From contig JASFUG010000001.1 in assembly GCA_050050395.1 (NCBI GenBank), positions 1 through 38,662 of the forward strand: a stretch of DNA of 38,662 bases. The letters are read 5' to 3'. Both the position numbers and the translations under genes were made by a program. The notes under the pieces were generated by a model. That model was not told the DNA's origin, searched no databases, and saw only the letters and a program-made list of their open reading frames with translations. Positions 21,790 to 31,400 of this stretch are shown here, piece after piece. Origin of the DNA: Nitrospirota bacterium (lineage in GTDB: Bacteria; CG2-30-53-67; CG2-30-70-394). The first letter of the stretch is position 1. Every line of letters begins with the position of its first letter.

Positions 21790-22842
21790 ATGACTGATCC
21801 CATCCAACGCAGCGTCCTCCTCGCCTCGCAGGCGACAGCCGCGGACGTGCCACTTGAGGAGAGTCTGCGGCCGCGGATCCTCGACGACTACGTTGGTCAA
21901 CCGGCGTTGATCGCGAACCTGCGCGTGTTCATCGAGGCCGCAAGGCGACGCGGTGAGGCGCTCGATCACACGTTGTTTTCCGGTCCGCCGGGCCTCGGTA
22001 AGACTACGCTCGCGCACATCATCGCCCACGAGATGGATAGCCAGTTGCGAGTGACCTCCGGGCCGGTGATCGAGAAGCCGGGCGACCTCGCGGCGTTACT
22101 CACCAATCTGGAACGCGGCGATGTACTGTTCATCGATGAGATCCACCGCCTATCGCCGGTCGTGGAAGAGATCCTCTATCCCGCGATGGAGGACTTCGAG
22201 CTCGACCTGATCATCGGCGAAGGGCCCGCCGCACGATCGGTGAAACTGCCACTGCCGCCGTTCACCCTGGTGGGTGCGACGACCCGCGTGGGTCTTCTCA
22301 CGCCGCCGCTGCGCGACCGGTTCGGCATCGTTGGGCGAATGGAGTTCTATGCGGCAGAGGAACTGACCCGCATCGTCAAGCGTTCCGCGGGCATTCTCGG
22401 CTGCGTCGTTACCGAGGCCGGCGCCGCAGAGATTGCCCGGCGCTCACGCGGTACGCCACGCATCGCCAATCGCCTGCTGCGGCGCGTACGCGACTTCGCC
22501 GAGGTCGAGGGCAACGGTACCGTCGAGCGTGCGATCGCGGACGCCGCCCTGTCGCGACTGGCCGTCGACCACAACGGACTCGATGCCATGGACCAGCACC
22601 TGTTGCTGGCGCTGATCGACAAGTACGACGGCGGTCCGGCGGGGCTGTCGACACTGGCCGCGTCGGTGGGCGAGGAGCAAGACACGATCGCGGACGTCGT
22701 CGAGCCGTATCTCATTCTTCAAGGGTTCATCCAAAAGACGCCACGAGGGCGTGTCGTCACCGCAAACGGATACGCAGCGCTAGGGAGACCCGCCCCGCAT
22801 ACGGATCATGCATGTGGACCGAGCGAGGATCTTTTTTCTTGA
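21790..22842 (+). CDS. ruvB: Holliday junction DNA helicase RuvB
   Basis: LRPR.LDDYVGQ, the Walker A motif [11 protein letters not shown], the Walker B motif [10 protein letters not shown], and [16 protein letters not shown] are all present. Confidence 0.95.
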   Translation: MTDPIQRSVLLASQATAADVPLEESLRPRILDDYVGQPALIANLRVFIEAARRRGEALDHTLFSGPPGLGKTTLAHIIAHEMDSQLRVTSGPVIEKPGDLAALLTNLERGDVLFIDEIHRLSPVVEEILYPAMEDFELDLIIGEGPAARSVKLPLPPFTLVGATTRVGLLTPPLRDRFGIVGRMEFYAAEELTRIVKRSAGILGCVVTEAGAAEIARRSRGTPRIANRLLRRVRDFAEVEGNGTVERAIADAALSRLAVDHNGLDAMDQHLLLALIDKYDGGPAGLSTLAASVGEEQDTIADVVEPYLILQGFIQKTPRGRVVTANGYAALGRPAPHTDHACGPSEDLFS

Positions 22843-22941
22843 TCCTGGATACAGATTTGTCCGAAAGGAAAAACATTCCAGCCGCGGTGAGTCGTTAACG
22901 AAGCCTGGCCAATTCAGGCCGTTCCAAAGAGGAGGGACCTC

Positions 22942-23625
22942 ATGGCAATGGAAGTGACCCGCGTCAACGTATGGGCAGGCGCGATCGTAGATCAGCCGGG
23001 TGGCCTGGCCACCGCTTTGTCGGTGCTCTCCGAGGCCGGCGTCGACCTGGAGTTTGTCATTGCACGCCGTGACACGATCGGCCAAGGCGTGATGTTCGTC
23101 GCACCGATCACTGGCGCCAAGCAGGTGCGGGCGGCGAAGAAGGCCGGACTGACAAGGGCGGACTCCCTGGGCTCTCTGCGGGTGTCCGCGCCGAACAAGG
23201 CTGGTCTGTGTGCAGCCATCACCGAAGAGCTCGCCAAGGCGGGCATCAATCTCCGCGGCTACTCCGCCGCGGCTATCGGGAGGCAGGCGGTTGTCTACCT
23301 GGCCTTCGATAACCCTGCAGATTCCGCCATGGCGGCGCGAATACTGAAGTCGGCCGCTACCCAGACGACCCGGAGAAAGGAGAGGACGATGAAGACCCCC
23401 GCCAAGAAGAAGGCCCCGGCCAAGAAGAAGGCGCCTGCGAAGAAAAAGGCTCCTGCCAAGAAGAAGGCCCCCGCGAAGAAGAAGGCCCCGGCCAAGAAGA
23501 AGGCCCCCGCGAAGAAGAAGGCCCCGGCCAAGAAGAAGGCGCCTGCGAAGAAGAAGGCGCCTGCGAAGAAGAAGGCCCCCGCGAAGAAGGTGGTCAAGAG
23601 GGCCGCGCCGAAGAAGAAGGCGTGA
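22942..23625 (+). CDS. ACT-domain protein fused to a histone-H1-like Lys/Ala/Pro repeat tail
   Basis: A strong SD (AGAGGAGGGA) precedes ATG 22942. Residues 1 to about 145 read like a tandem ACT small-ligand-binding fold (GGLATALSVLSEAGVDLEFV..., NKAGLCAAITEELAKAGINLRGY...). Residues 150-227 are MKT(PAKKKA)x10 PAKKVVKRAAPKKKA. Confidence 0.75.
   Translation: MAMEVTRVNVWAGAIVDQPGGLATALSVLSEAGVDLEFVIARRDTIGQGVMFVAPITGAKQVRAAKKAGLTRADSLGSLRVSAPNKAGLCAAITEELAKAGINLRGYSAAAIGRQAVVYLAFDNPADSAMAARILKSAATQTTRRKERTMKTPAKKKAPAKKKAPAKKKAPAKKKAPAKKKAPAKKKAPAKKKAPAKKKAPAKKKAPAKKKAPAKKVVKRAAPKKKA
23398..23589 (+). repeat. tandem 18-nt coding repeat, 10 full units plus 1 partial, with 36-nt higher-order periodicity
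   Basis: The units are CC(C/G/T) GC(C/G) AAG AA(G/A) AAG GC(C/G/T). Units 5-6 (23470-23505) and 7-8 (23506-23541) are identical except for the last base. Confidence 0.95.
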
Positions 23626-23643
23626 GGCTTCGGTGGTGACGCC

Positions 23644-23686
23644 ACGAACGCCGGGATCTCCGAGTCATGGAGCTCCCGGCGTTCGT
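23644..23686. terminator. 13-bp hairpin between convergent genes (possible bidirectional terminator, no clear U-tract)
   Basis: ACGAACGCCGGGA (23644-23656) pairs with TCCCGGCGTTCGT (23674-23686) around a 17-nt loop. Confidence 0.35.
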
Positions 23687-23857
23687 CGTTCTGCCCCGCA
23701 TTTCACACCGCGAATCTTCGCGGGTCTGTGCAGATAGATCGGCTCGCGAGTGCGAGCCCGCAGCCAGGCTTGCGGCCTGTCGAGGACCAGGACGAGGGGG
23801 GGGCAGGAGATGTGGGCAGCTGCGTGGGGGCAGCAGATCGGTGGTCGGAACTGTCGG

Positions 23858-24622
23858 CTAGTCGAGCCGCTCCACCACGGTGCCGTGCTTGGCGACCACC
23901 AGAGTGCCGGGCGGCAGCTCCTCCCACGCGGCCTCGCCGGTCAGGGGCACAGACGCGATCAGCACCACGTCCTGATCGCCGCAGAATCCACCGAAGCTGA
24001 CGCCGCCCAGGTCGTGAACGTCTTCCTCCGAGATACGCGGACAGTGGCGTCGCAGGAGGTGCATGTCCTTGTCGGCGTATGCGATGAGCTGGCGTCCATC
24101 ACTGATCACGATGTTCGCCACTCCGAGCGCCCGTAACGTATCGAGGTGTGGCTTCAGGCGCTGGCCATCGAGCCCCCCGGTATCACGCACCTCGCGCAGC
24201 AGATAACAGAAGGCATACTCGCTGTCCGTCTGCCCGATGGGCCGATCGATGCCCAGGGCGAACGACGGGTCATCGTGAATCCCGTCGAATTGCCCACGAT
24301 GGGCGAAGACGATGCGCGACCCGTTCACTTCTCGAGCGAACGGGTGGGTGTTGGCCATGGAGATGGAGAGGCCACCGGTTGCCTTGCGGATGTGGGAGAT
24401 CACCAGGTTCGAGCGGATGTGGTGAGCCGCCAGGTAATTCGCGCAGCTACTTTCCGCCGCCGGCGTCGGCTCGCGTAGCAGCCAGCAATCGAGGCCATCG
24501 AAGAAGGCTACGCCCCACCCGTCTGTATGGTCGCTGGTCTGACCGCCGCGGCGGGAGAAAATCCCGAACGAGAAGCGCACCCGTGTCGGGATCAGGGCGC
24601 TCATGGCGAACAGCTCACACAT
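23858..24622 (-). CDS. class II (Ntn-type) glutamine amidotransferase, YafJ-like
   Basis: The N-terminus MCELFAMS provides the Cys2 nucleophile. It also has DGWGVAFFDG, NTHPF and FAHRGQF. No synthase domain is fused. Confidence 0.8.
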   Translation of the reverse strand: MCELFAMSALIPTRVRFSFGIFSRRGGQTSDHTDGWGVAFFDGLDCWLLREPTPAAESSCANYLAAHHIRSNLVISHIRKATGGLSISMANTHPFAREVNGSRIVFAHRGQFDGIHDDPSFALGIDRPIGQTDSEYAFCYLLREVRDTGGLDGQRLKPHLDTLRALGVANIVISDGRQLIAYADKDMHLLRRHCPRISEEDVHDLGGVSFGGFCGDQDVVLIASVPLTGEAAWEELPPGTLVVAKHGTVVERLD

Positions 24623-24774
24623 GGATCCGGTCGCTGAAGTAGAAAATGAACCCTAATGGTAATGAAGAGTACCGGCGCATGCCCGGAGTTTCTTCCGTGA
24701 CCGGATACGGCGCATGCGGCTGCGGCACGGCGGGCGCTCGTGCCACAGGTCGGTAGGATCGCCTCGACCCGACG

Positions 24775-26337
24775 TCACGGTGGCCGAGTTGCGGCTGGCG
24801 TCCCCCCGCCGTGTCGCCGGTCCAGGACGAGAAAGAACAGGGCGGTGACCAGGTAGCCAGCAACAAACGGCCAAGTGGTAGAGGGGCCGTAGGCGTTGAC
24901 GATCGCGGCGTCGGTCACGTGGTAGCCATGCATGAGGCCGGTGGCACTGACCGCGGCGGCCACTGCTGCCCAGGCCGCCGCCGCGCGGTAGCGCGCCTCC
25001 ACCAGTGCGACCGTGAGGGCGGCGAGGATCATGGAGGTGAAGATGAAGCCCCGCTCCAGGGCGATCATCCCGGCGATCGGCAGCTGACCGGCCAGTGCGG
25101 CCAGCCCCACCGAGCCAACGGTCTGGCCCGCGCCGCGCAGGCCACTCTCCAGCATCAGCAGCCCCCAGGCAGCGAGCGCCGGGAAGAACCCCACCACCAC
25201 GGCCGGCGCATGGGCACGCGGCGTCGTCTGGAAGGCCTGCGCGCCTATGGTGATGCCGATCCAGAGAAGAATCGCGGCGCCTGCTTCGATGGGGATCAAG
25301 GCGGTGACCATCGCCACAAGGCCAAGGCAGCACAGGAGGGTGATGATCACGCCGTTGGCTACCGAGTAGCCGGCACCGGCACCCATACCCTTCCATCCGG
25401 GATGCCCGATGTAGATCGTGGTGGGGAAGCAGCTGCCGCAACAGGCGGCGATGATGGTACCGGCGCCGTTGGCCGCCAGGGAGCTGCGTACCGGATAGAT
25501 GTCGCCGGCCGCCTCGGCGGATTCCAGGTTCTGTAACGAGCCGATCAGGTTAAAGAGGCCCATGGGCGCGATCACCGGCAGGAAGGCGAACAGGTACGGT
25601 GAGAAGAGCGTGGTACCGAGGTCGGCAAGGAACGGCCGTGGAAGCCGTGGATCGAGATGGGCCGACGCTGCTAGGGCCGCTGCGTCCATCCTTCCCAGCC
25701 CCCATGCCAGGGCGGTGCCAAGCACCACGGCGGCCAGCCCGGCAGGGAGGCCGGCCGGCAGGCGCAGGCGGCCAACGTACTGCATCAGGATCAGGGCGAG
25801 AGGGGCTAGCCCCACCAACGGATCGGCGAAGATGCGGAAGCAGAAGTCCATGGAGATGAATGTGAGAGCGATCCCGGCGAGGGTGGCCAGGAGTGCCGCG
25901 CGTGGCGTGATCCGCTTCACCCAGCCCGCGACGAATGCCCCACCGAGCTCGATCACACCGCTGCCCAGGCACGCCACGAGTCCCACCCGCCACGCGAGCA
26001 GCGGATCGCCGCTCTCCTTCACCACCGGAAGCATCACGAACAGGATGTACGCGAACAGCGAGACCGTATTCACCCCGTAGGGCAACGCCGTCACCTGCGT
26101 CTGACCCGTGCGCCGAGCCAGGGCGCGCGCCTGAAAGGCGTAGAATAGGTTGCCCGCCAGCAGACTGACGGCGACCCCGGGCAGGATACGCCCGTAGAGC
26201 AACTCTGCGCCCATGCCGAGTACCTGACCACAGAGGGTGACGATCAGCAGGAGCTGGATGAGGTTGTCGACGAACAGGCCGAAGAAGCCGTCAAGGTCTC
26301 CGGGACGCCACCAGCGGAAGTGATCGGGAGTGGTCAT
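24775..26337 (-). CDS. NCS2/AzgA-like (xanthine/uracil/vitamin C permease superfamily) transporter
   Basis: I used the internal ATG at 26337 (MTTPDHFRWWRPGDLDGFFGLFVDNLIQLLLI...). The polytopic protein of about 520 aa has many Gly/Ala-rich TM segments. The family call is from memory of similar permeases and the substrate is unknown. Confidence 0.65.
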   Translation of the reverse strand: MTTPDHFRWWRPGDLDGFFGLFVDNLIQLLLIVTLCGQVLGMGAELLYGRILPGVAVSLLAGNLFYAFQARALARRTGQTQVTALPYGVNTVSLFAYILFVMLPVVKESGDPLLAWRVGLVACLGSGVIELGGAFVAGWVKRITPRAALLATLAGIALTFISMDFCFRIFADPLVGLAPLALILMQYVGRLRLPAGLPAGLAAVVLGTALAWGLGRMDAAALAASAHLDPRLPRPFLADLGTTLFSPYLFAFLPVIAPMGLFNLIGSLQNLESAEAAGDIYPVRSSLAANGAGTIIAACCGSCFPTTIYIGHPGWKGMGAGAGYSVANGVIITLLCCLGLVAMVTALIPIEAGAAILLWIGITIGAQAFQTTPRAHAPAVVVGFFPALAAWGLLMLESGLRGAGQTVGSVGLAALAGQLPIAGMIALERGFIFTSMILAALTVALVEARYRAAAAWAAVAAAVSATGLMHGYHVTDAAIVNAYGPSTTWPFVAGYLVTALFFLVLDRRHGGGTPAATRPP

Positions 26338-26698
26338 GGGAAGGGGCGGGGGCCGGGCGGCGCCTGTGCGCCGGCCGCCAAGGGACAGGATAACGACAGC
26401 GGCGCGGCGGGGGAAAATGCGCCGCTCCATATAGTCTGTACATCCATCGACGCCGTGGCCCCACACCAAGCGAGGGCGTCGATGTCCCCGGTCAGGTGCA
26501 CTTGTCGACCGAAGGGGGGCGCTTGTCCGGCCGGAAGAAGCCGCAGCCTGAGACCAGCACCCTGATGGGGTAGAAGCAGGCATGGGCGCCTACGCGAGGG
26601 CCTCGTCGCCAGGGCGCAGTAAGGAAACCGTGAAAATTCCCGAAAGAGAGAATGGCCGGCGGAATCGGTTGGCGGGCCACCGAGTGAAGGAGATAAAC

Positions 26699-27310
26699 AT
26701 GTCCGACGAGAGCACCGAAGCCGCGATTGTGGCGGAAAAGGCCGGCGCCGGTCCGGAGCAGCGCGAGCATCCACCTGTGGCCAACGCCGAGGACGACAGC
26801 GACAGCATCTTCGACATCATCAATTTTTCGGCCCAAGGCGCTTCACGCCAGTACCTCACCTTCAATCTGGGAGAGGAGCGGTATGGCCTGGAGATCTTGA
26901 AGGTCCAGGAGATTATCGGGCGGACCGAGTTCACTCCCCTGCCGAACATGCCCGATCACGTGCGCGGGGTCATCAACCTGCGAGGCACGGTGGTACCGGT
27001 GGTGGATCTACGGTCACGCTTTCGCATGAAGCCGCGCGTCTACGACAAGCTCACGGCGATCATCGTCGTGAACGTCCGTTCCAAGACGATGGGCATCGTT
27101 GTCGATACCGTCGCGGACGTGATGGGAATCCCCGAGGAATCGATCCAGGACACGCCCTCGTTCTCCACGAGCCAGAAGATCGCCAGCGACTACATTGCGC
27201 ACATCGGCAAGGTGGGCAACACGATGATCATCCTCCTCGATATCGATAAGGTGCTGGACATCACTGATCTGACGGCCATGGCAGAGGGACAGCCAACCGC
27301 GGCGGCTTGA
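26699..27310 (+). CDS. cheW: chemotaxis coupling protein CheW (solitary), with an acidic N-terminal extension of about 45 aa
   Basis: I prefer ATG 26699 because GAAGGAG lies upstream. The CheW core is QYLTFNLGEERYGLEILKVQEIIG....TPLPNMPDHVRGVINLRGTVVPVVDLR.RF. Confidence 0.85.
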   Translation: MSDESTEAAIVAEKAGAGPEQREHPPVANAEDDSDSIFDIINFSAQGASRQYLTFNLGEERYGLEILKVQEIIGRTEFTPLPNMPDHVRGVINLRGTVVPVVDLRSRFRMKPRVYDKLTAIIVVNVRSKTMGIVVDTVADVMGIPEESIQDTPSFSTSQKIASDYIAHIGKVGNTMIILLDIDKVLDITDLTAMAEGQPTAAA

Positions 27311-27393
27311 GCGGCAGGCGCTCGCGGGGTCGTCCGAACGTCATCGATCGCAGCGACTCCCGGGCGCAGAAGCCCGCCGCCGATGCGCCGCCG

Positions 27394-28344
27394 CTAGATC
27401 TTGATCTCGACGTACGCCTTCGCCCGCAGCTCTTCCATCCACTCGTTGTAGTAGTCGGACATCCGGTCTGACTGGAGTTGCAGGATGATGTCGTCTTCGA
27501 CGTCGACGAAGGGACGGGCCTCGCCCTCTTCCACCTTGCGCACGTAGACGAGGTTGTAACCGTCCGCGGTGCGGATCAGCTCCGACACCTCGTGCTCCTT
27601 GAGGCCGAACGCATAGCGGTTGAGCACGGGCTGGAGCTCTCCGTCGCGGAAACGGCCCAGGAGACCGCCCTGTCCGGCATTCGGTCCCTCGGAGAAGGCC
27701 CGGGCCACATCGGTGAACGGCACGCCCCGTTTGATTTGCTCGATCGCCGCCGCGATCCGGTCCTTGGCGCGAGCCTTGCGTGTCTCATCCCACGCGGGGT
27801 CGTAGGCGAAAAAGATGCGACAGATCTCGCGCCGCTCGGCTGCGCCGAACAGCTCCGGGTGACGGTTGTAGTACTCCAGCGCGTCCTGATCGTTGACCAC
27901 GATCCGCGAGCGTACCTCGTGGTGCACCAGCCGGGCGATGGTGATCTGCTCGCGGATCTGCTGGCGGTAATCCGCCATGGTCAAACCCTGCTCGCGAAGG
28001 GATTCGGCGAGCTCCTGTTGATCCATGTCGTTCCGGCTCCGCACGTCGGCGATCGCGCCATCCACGTCGGCCTCGGAGACGGTGATCCCCAGGGAATGGG
28101 CACGCTGGATCTGCAGTTTTTTCTCGATCAGCTTATCCAGCAGGCGGCGCCGTACCTGCGGGTCGTCCGTCTCCGCGTAGTTGATGAAGCCCTGGCGCCC
28201 TACGGGCATCTTCAGCTCGTTGAGCTGGCTGAGGGTAATGACCTCGTCGTTGACGATCGCGGCGATCCCATCCACGGTCTCGGCGCGCGCCGCGGGGGCG
28301 AACGACAGGAAGGTGACGGCAAGGGCGAGGGGGATGAGCTTCAT
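27394..28344 (-). CDS. SurA-like periplasmic chaperone / parvulin-type peptidyl-prolyl isomerase
   Basis: It has a signal peptide (MKLIPLALAVTFLSFAPAARA), a SurA N-terminal-like region (VDGIAAIVNDEVITLSQL...LIEKKLQIQRA) and a parvulin-like region (FTDVARAFSEGPNAGQGGLLG.F..GEL). Confidence 0.8.
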   Translation of the reverse strand: MKLIPLALAVTFLSFAPAARAETVDGIAAIVNDEVITLSQLNELKMPVGRQGFINYAETDDPQVRRRLLDKLIEKKLQIQRAHSLGITVSEADVDGAIADVRSRNDMDQQELAESLREQGLTMADYRQQIREQITIARLVHHEVRSRIVVNDQDALEYYNRHPELFGAAERREICRIFFAYDPAWDETRKARAKDRIAAAIEQIKRGVPFTDVARAFSEGPNAGQGGLLGRFRDGELQPVLNRYAFGLKEHEVSELIRTADGYNLVYVRKVEEGEARPFVDVEDDIILQLQSDRMSDYYNEWMEELRAKAYVEIKI

Positions 28345-28427
28345 GGCGCAACTCTACTGAAAGCCGGGAGAGAAATCTGTGTGTCGAGCGACCGCGTCTC
28401 TTCGCCAAGCCCGGTGGTCGTTCACGG

Positions 28428-31400
28428 TCATTGCCGGATCGGGGCCTCCGTCAGGTGTTCCAGCAGGGCAAGGCAGTCGCGCACGCGGCGCGAAAGGTCT
28501 TCACGGTGAGGCTCGGCGGCGGTCAGACGCAGGCTGTACTCGCCGCTGAGCTGGACACGGTCAGGGTAGTCTTCCTTGAGCCGCAACACGGCCTGAGGAT
28601 CCAGGCCGCTGCGGGCGGAAAAGTGGACCAGCAGGCCGTCGGTCGTGGGTTTCACCTCCTCCGCCCGTACCGCGGTGGCGGCGATCTTGATCTCGGCCTG
28701 GAGAAACAGGGCGTACACCTCCTGCGGAGGGCGGCCGTAGCGATCGACCAGGTCCGCCAGCGCCTCCTCCACCTCATGGGGCCGAGAGAAGGTGGCGAGC
28801 TCCTGGTAGAGATGCAGCCGCTCGTGAGCGTCCCGGACGTAGTCGCTCGGTAGATAGGCGGAGACGTCCAGGGTGATCTTGGGCAGGAAGACCTCCTCCA
28901 CTTCCCGGCCCATGAGGCCCGCGACGCTCTCCTCGACCAGCTTGACGTAAAGGTCGTAGCCCACGGCCGCGATCTTCCCGGATTGCTGCGCCCCGAGCAG
29001 GTTGCCGCCGCCACGGATCTCCAGGTCATGGGCAGCGATGTGAAAGCCGGAGCCGAGCTGGGTGTGCTCGGCGAGGGCGGTGAGTCGCTCCTGGGCGTCG
29101 TCGCTGAGCGCCGACTCGGCCGGCGTGATCAAGTAGGCGTAGGCTTGATGGACGCCGCGACCGACGCGGCCGCGGAGCTGGTAGAGCTGGGCGAGGCCGA
29201 AGGTGTCGGCGCGTTCCACGACGATCGTATTGACCCTGGGCAGGTCGATGCCCGACTCGATGATCGACGTGCACACCAGGATGTCGTGCTCGCGGTCTCG
29301 AAACGCGGTCATGACGTGGGACAGCTCTTGCTTGTCCATCTGCCCGTGCGCGATGGCGACGCGCGCCTTGGGGGCGAGGCGCGCCACCTGCTCCGCGGCA
29401 CGGCCGATCGACTGGACCCGGTTGTGCACCCAGTACACCTGACCGCCGCGCGCCAGCTCACGGGCCAGGGCGTCGGCGAGCACCGCCTCGTCGCGGCGGA
29501 TGATGCGGGTGGTGATCGGCAACCGGTCGTGGGGCGGGGTATTGATGATCGAGATCGGGCGGATGCCGGTGAGCGCCATGTGCAGGGTGCGTGGGATTGG
29601 CGTCGCCGTCAGGGTCAGGCAGTCGGCGCGGGTCTTCAGCTCCTTCAGGCGCTCCTTCTGGCGAACCCCGAAACGCTGCTCTTCGTCGATGATGATCAGG
29701 CCGAGGTCGCGTAGACGCAGGTCCCGGGAGAGCAGGCGGTGGGTGCCGATGAGGATGTCGATACGGCCGTCCGCCGCCTGCTCCACCACCTGCCGCTGCT
29801 CCTTGGGTGGCAACAGCCGAGACAGGTGGCCGATGCGCACCGGCAGGCTGGCGAACCGCTCGGTGAAGTTGTGGTAGTGCTGCTGAGACAGGAGCGTGGT
29901 GGGGGCGAGGACCACCACCTGCTTGCCATCCAGGATACAGCGACACGCGGCGCGCAGGGCGACTTCGGTCTTGCCAAAGCCCACGTCGCCGCATACCAGA
30001 CGGTCCATCGGCTGGGACATCGCCATGTCTTCCAGAACCTGGCGGATCACCACCTCCTGGTCCGGGGTCTCCTCGAACGGGAAGGCGGCCTCGAAGGCGA
30101 GGTACTCGGCGTCGGTCGGCGGGGAGAACGGGAAGCCGGTGGCTGCCTGGCGCGCGGCATAGAGCTCGACGAGCTCCCGCGCGACCAGCTCCACTCCCTT
30201 GCGGGTCTGTGCCTTGATCCTCTCCCAGGTACCGGTGCCGAGGGTCGACAGGGTCGGAGCACGCCCTTCCTCCCCTACGTAGCGGCTCACCTGGGCAAGC
30301 TCGTCGATTGGGACGAAGATCTTGTCGCCCTTGGCGTAGCGGATCTCCAGAAACTCGCCCGTGATGTTCGCGGCCGTGAGGGTGGCAAGCCCCGCGTACT
30401 GACCGATGCCGTGCTGCAGGTGGACTACGTAGTCGTCCGTTTTCAGCGCACGGAAGTCCTGCAAGACCTCGTCGACGCTGGTCGGCTTCTTTACCCGCAG
30501 GTGGACCTTGGTACCACCGAGATCGGCCTCTGCAAGATAGACGGGCCCGGTGTCGCCGACCGCAAAACTGCGCGAGATCTCGCCGACCAGGGTGTAGATG
30601 CCGGGCGGGGTATCGGCCGGTGGCGGGGGCGTGCCGCCCATCAGCTCGGTGGGCAGATCGAGGTCGGTGAGTAGCCGCTGCATCCGGTCCGCCTGTCCGG
30701 GCGAGATGCACGGTAGGAAGACCGGGCGGTGTGACGCCCACTCGGTGAGGGCCGTGCGCAGATAGCGTAGCCGCGCCTTGAGACCCTCGCCGACAATGGT
30801 CACGGATCGCGCGTCGTCCTCGATCACGGGGTGCGCCGGGTGTACCTCGGCGAGTGGCGAGAGGCCGTCGATGCAGTCCAGGAGCGCCAAGCTCTCGATC
30901 AGCTCGGCCGGTTCCAGAACCGGCGGGTCGACATCCGCGAGAATGGGACGGTCGGCCGCCGCCAGGCTGCGCCGCTCGGCCACGAGCGCGGCAAATACTT
31001 CCGCCTCACCCGCGAGGACGCCGGGCTGATCGCGGAAGCAGATCGGGTCACCTGCGAAGTAGTCGAACAGGGTATGGTGGCCGTCGTGAAACAGGCTGAA
31101 GAACTGCTCGACGCCGGACGGGAGAGCAGCGCTGCGCAGGTTTTCCGCCAGGCGCGGGCTGTCCTGTGCGATACGCTCCGCCGCCGCCAGTCGCCGCGCA
31201 TCGGTGAGGAGCAGCTCGCGGGTCGGGCCCACGTGGCACGCATCGAGGTGTCCGGCCGAACGCTGACTGAGGGGATCGAAGAACCGGATCGACTCGATCT
31301 CGTCGTCGAAATACTCCAGGCGCACCGGTCGATCGTGGCGCGGAGAGTAGAGGTCGAGGATGCCGCCACGATGTGCGAACTCGCCCGCCACCTCGACAAA

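Noticed and set aside
23398-23589. The regular 18-nt repeat array, considered as a possible CRISPR or other non-coding array.
   Set aside because: The units are directly abutting with no spacers. They are in frame, vary only at synonymous positions, and lie within a protein-coding ORF.
23295-23645. A 116-aa minus-strand ORF with an FFAGAFFFAGAFF... repeat.
   Set aside because: It is the mirror image of the PAKKKA coding repeat. The plus-strand frame continues from a well-formed ACT domain with a strong SD, whereas the antisense frame has no start context.
24775-26583. The 602-aa version of the permease, and the alternative-frame ORFs 24653..25441, 24811..25536, 25499..26080 and 25550..25993.
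   Set aside because: The 82 N-terminal residues of the long version are non-membrane Arg/Ser/Pro-rich sequence within the leader. The other ORFs are overlapping shadow frames inside the polytopic permease gene.
26338-26698. A possible purine or other riboswitch in the permease leader.
   Set aside because: I could not align the conserved purine-riboswitch junction and loop sequences or any other riboswitch core I know. Only generic GC-rich hairpins are visible. I kept it as a low-interest finding rather than calling it a feature.
29458-30741. A 427-aa minus-strand ORF and several ORFs of 80-310 aa on both strands within mfd. The same applies to 34633..35580 within tolB.
   Set aside because: These are alternative frames of long, motif-rich genes (Mfd helicase motifs, TolB propeller repeats). 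Their compositionally biased translations are high-GC artefacts.
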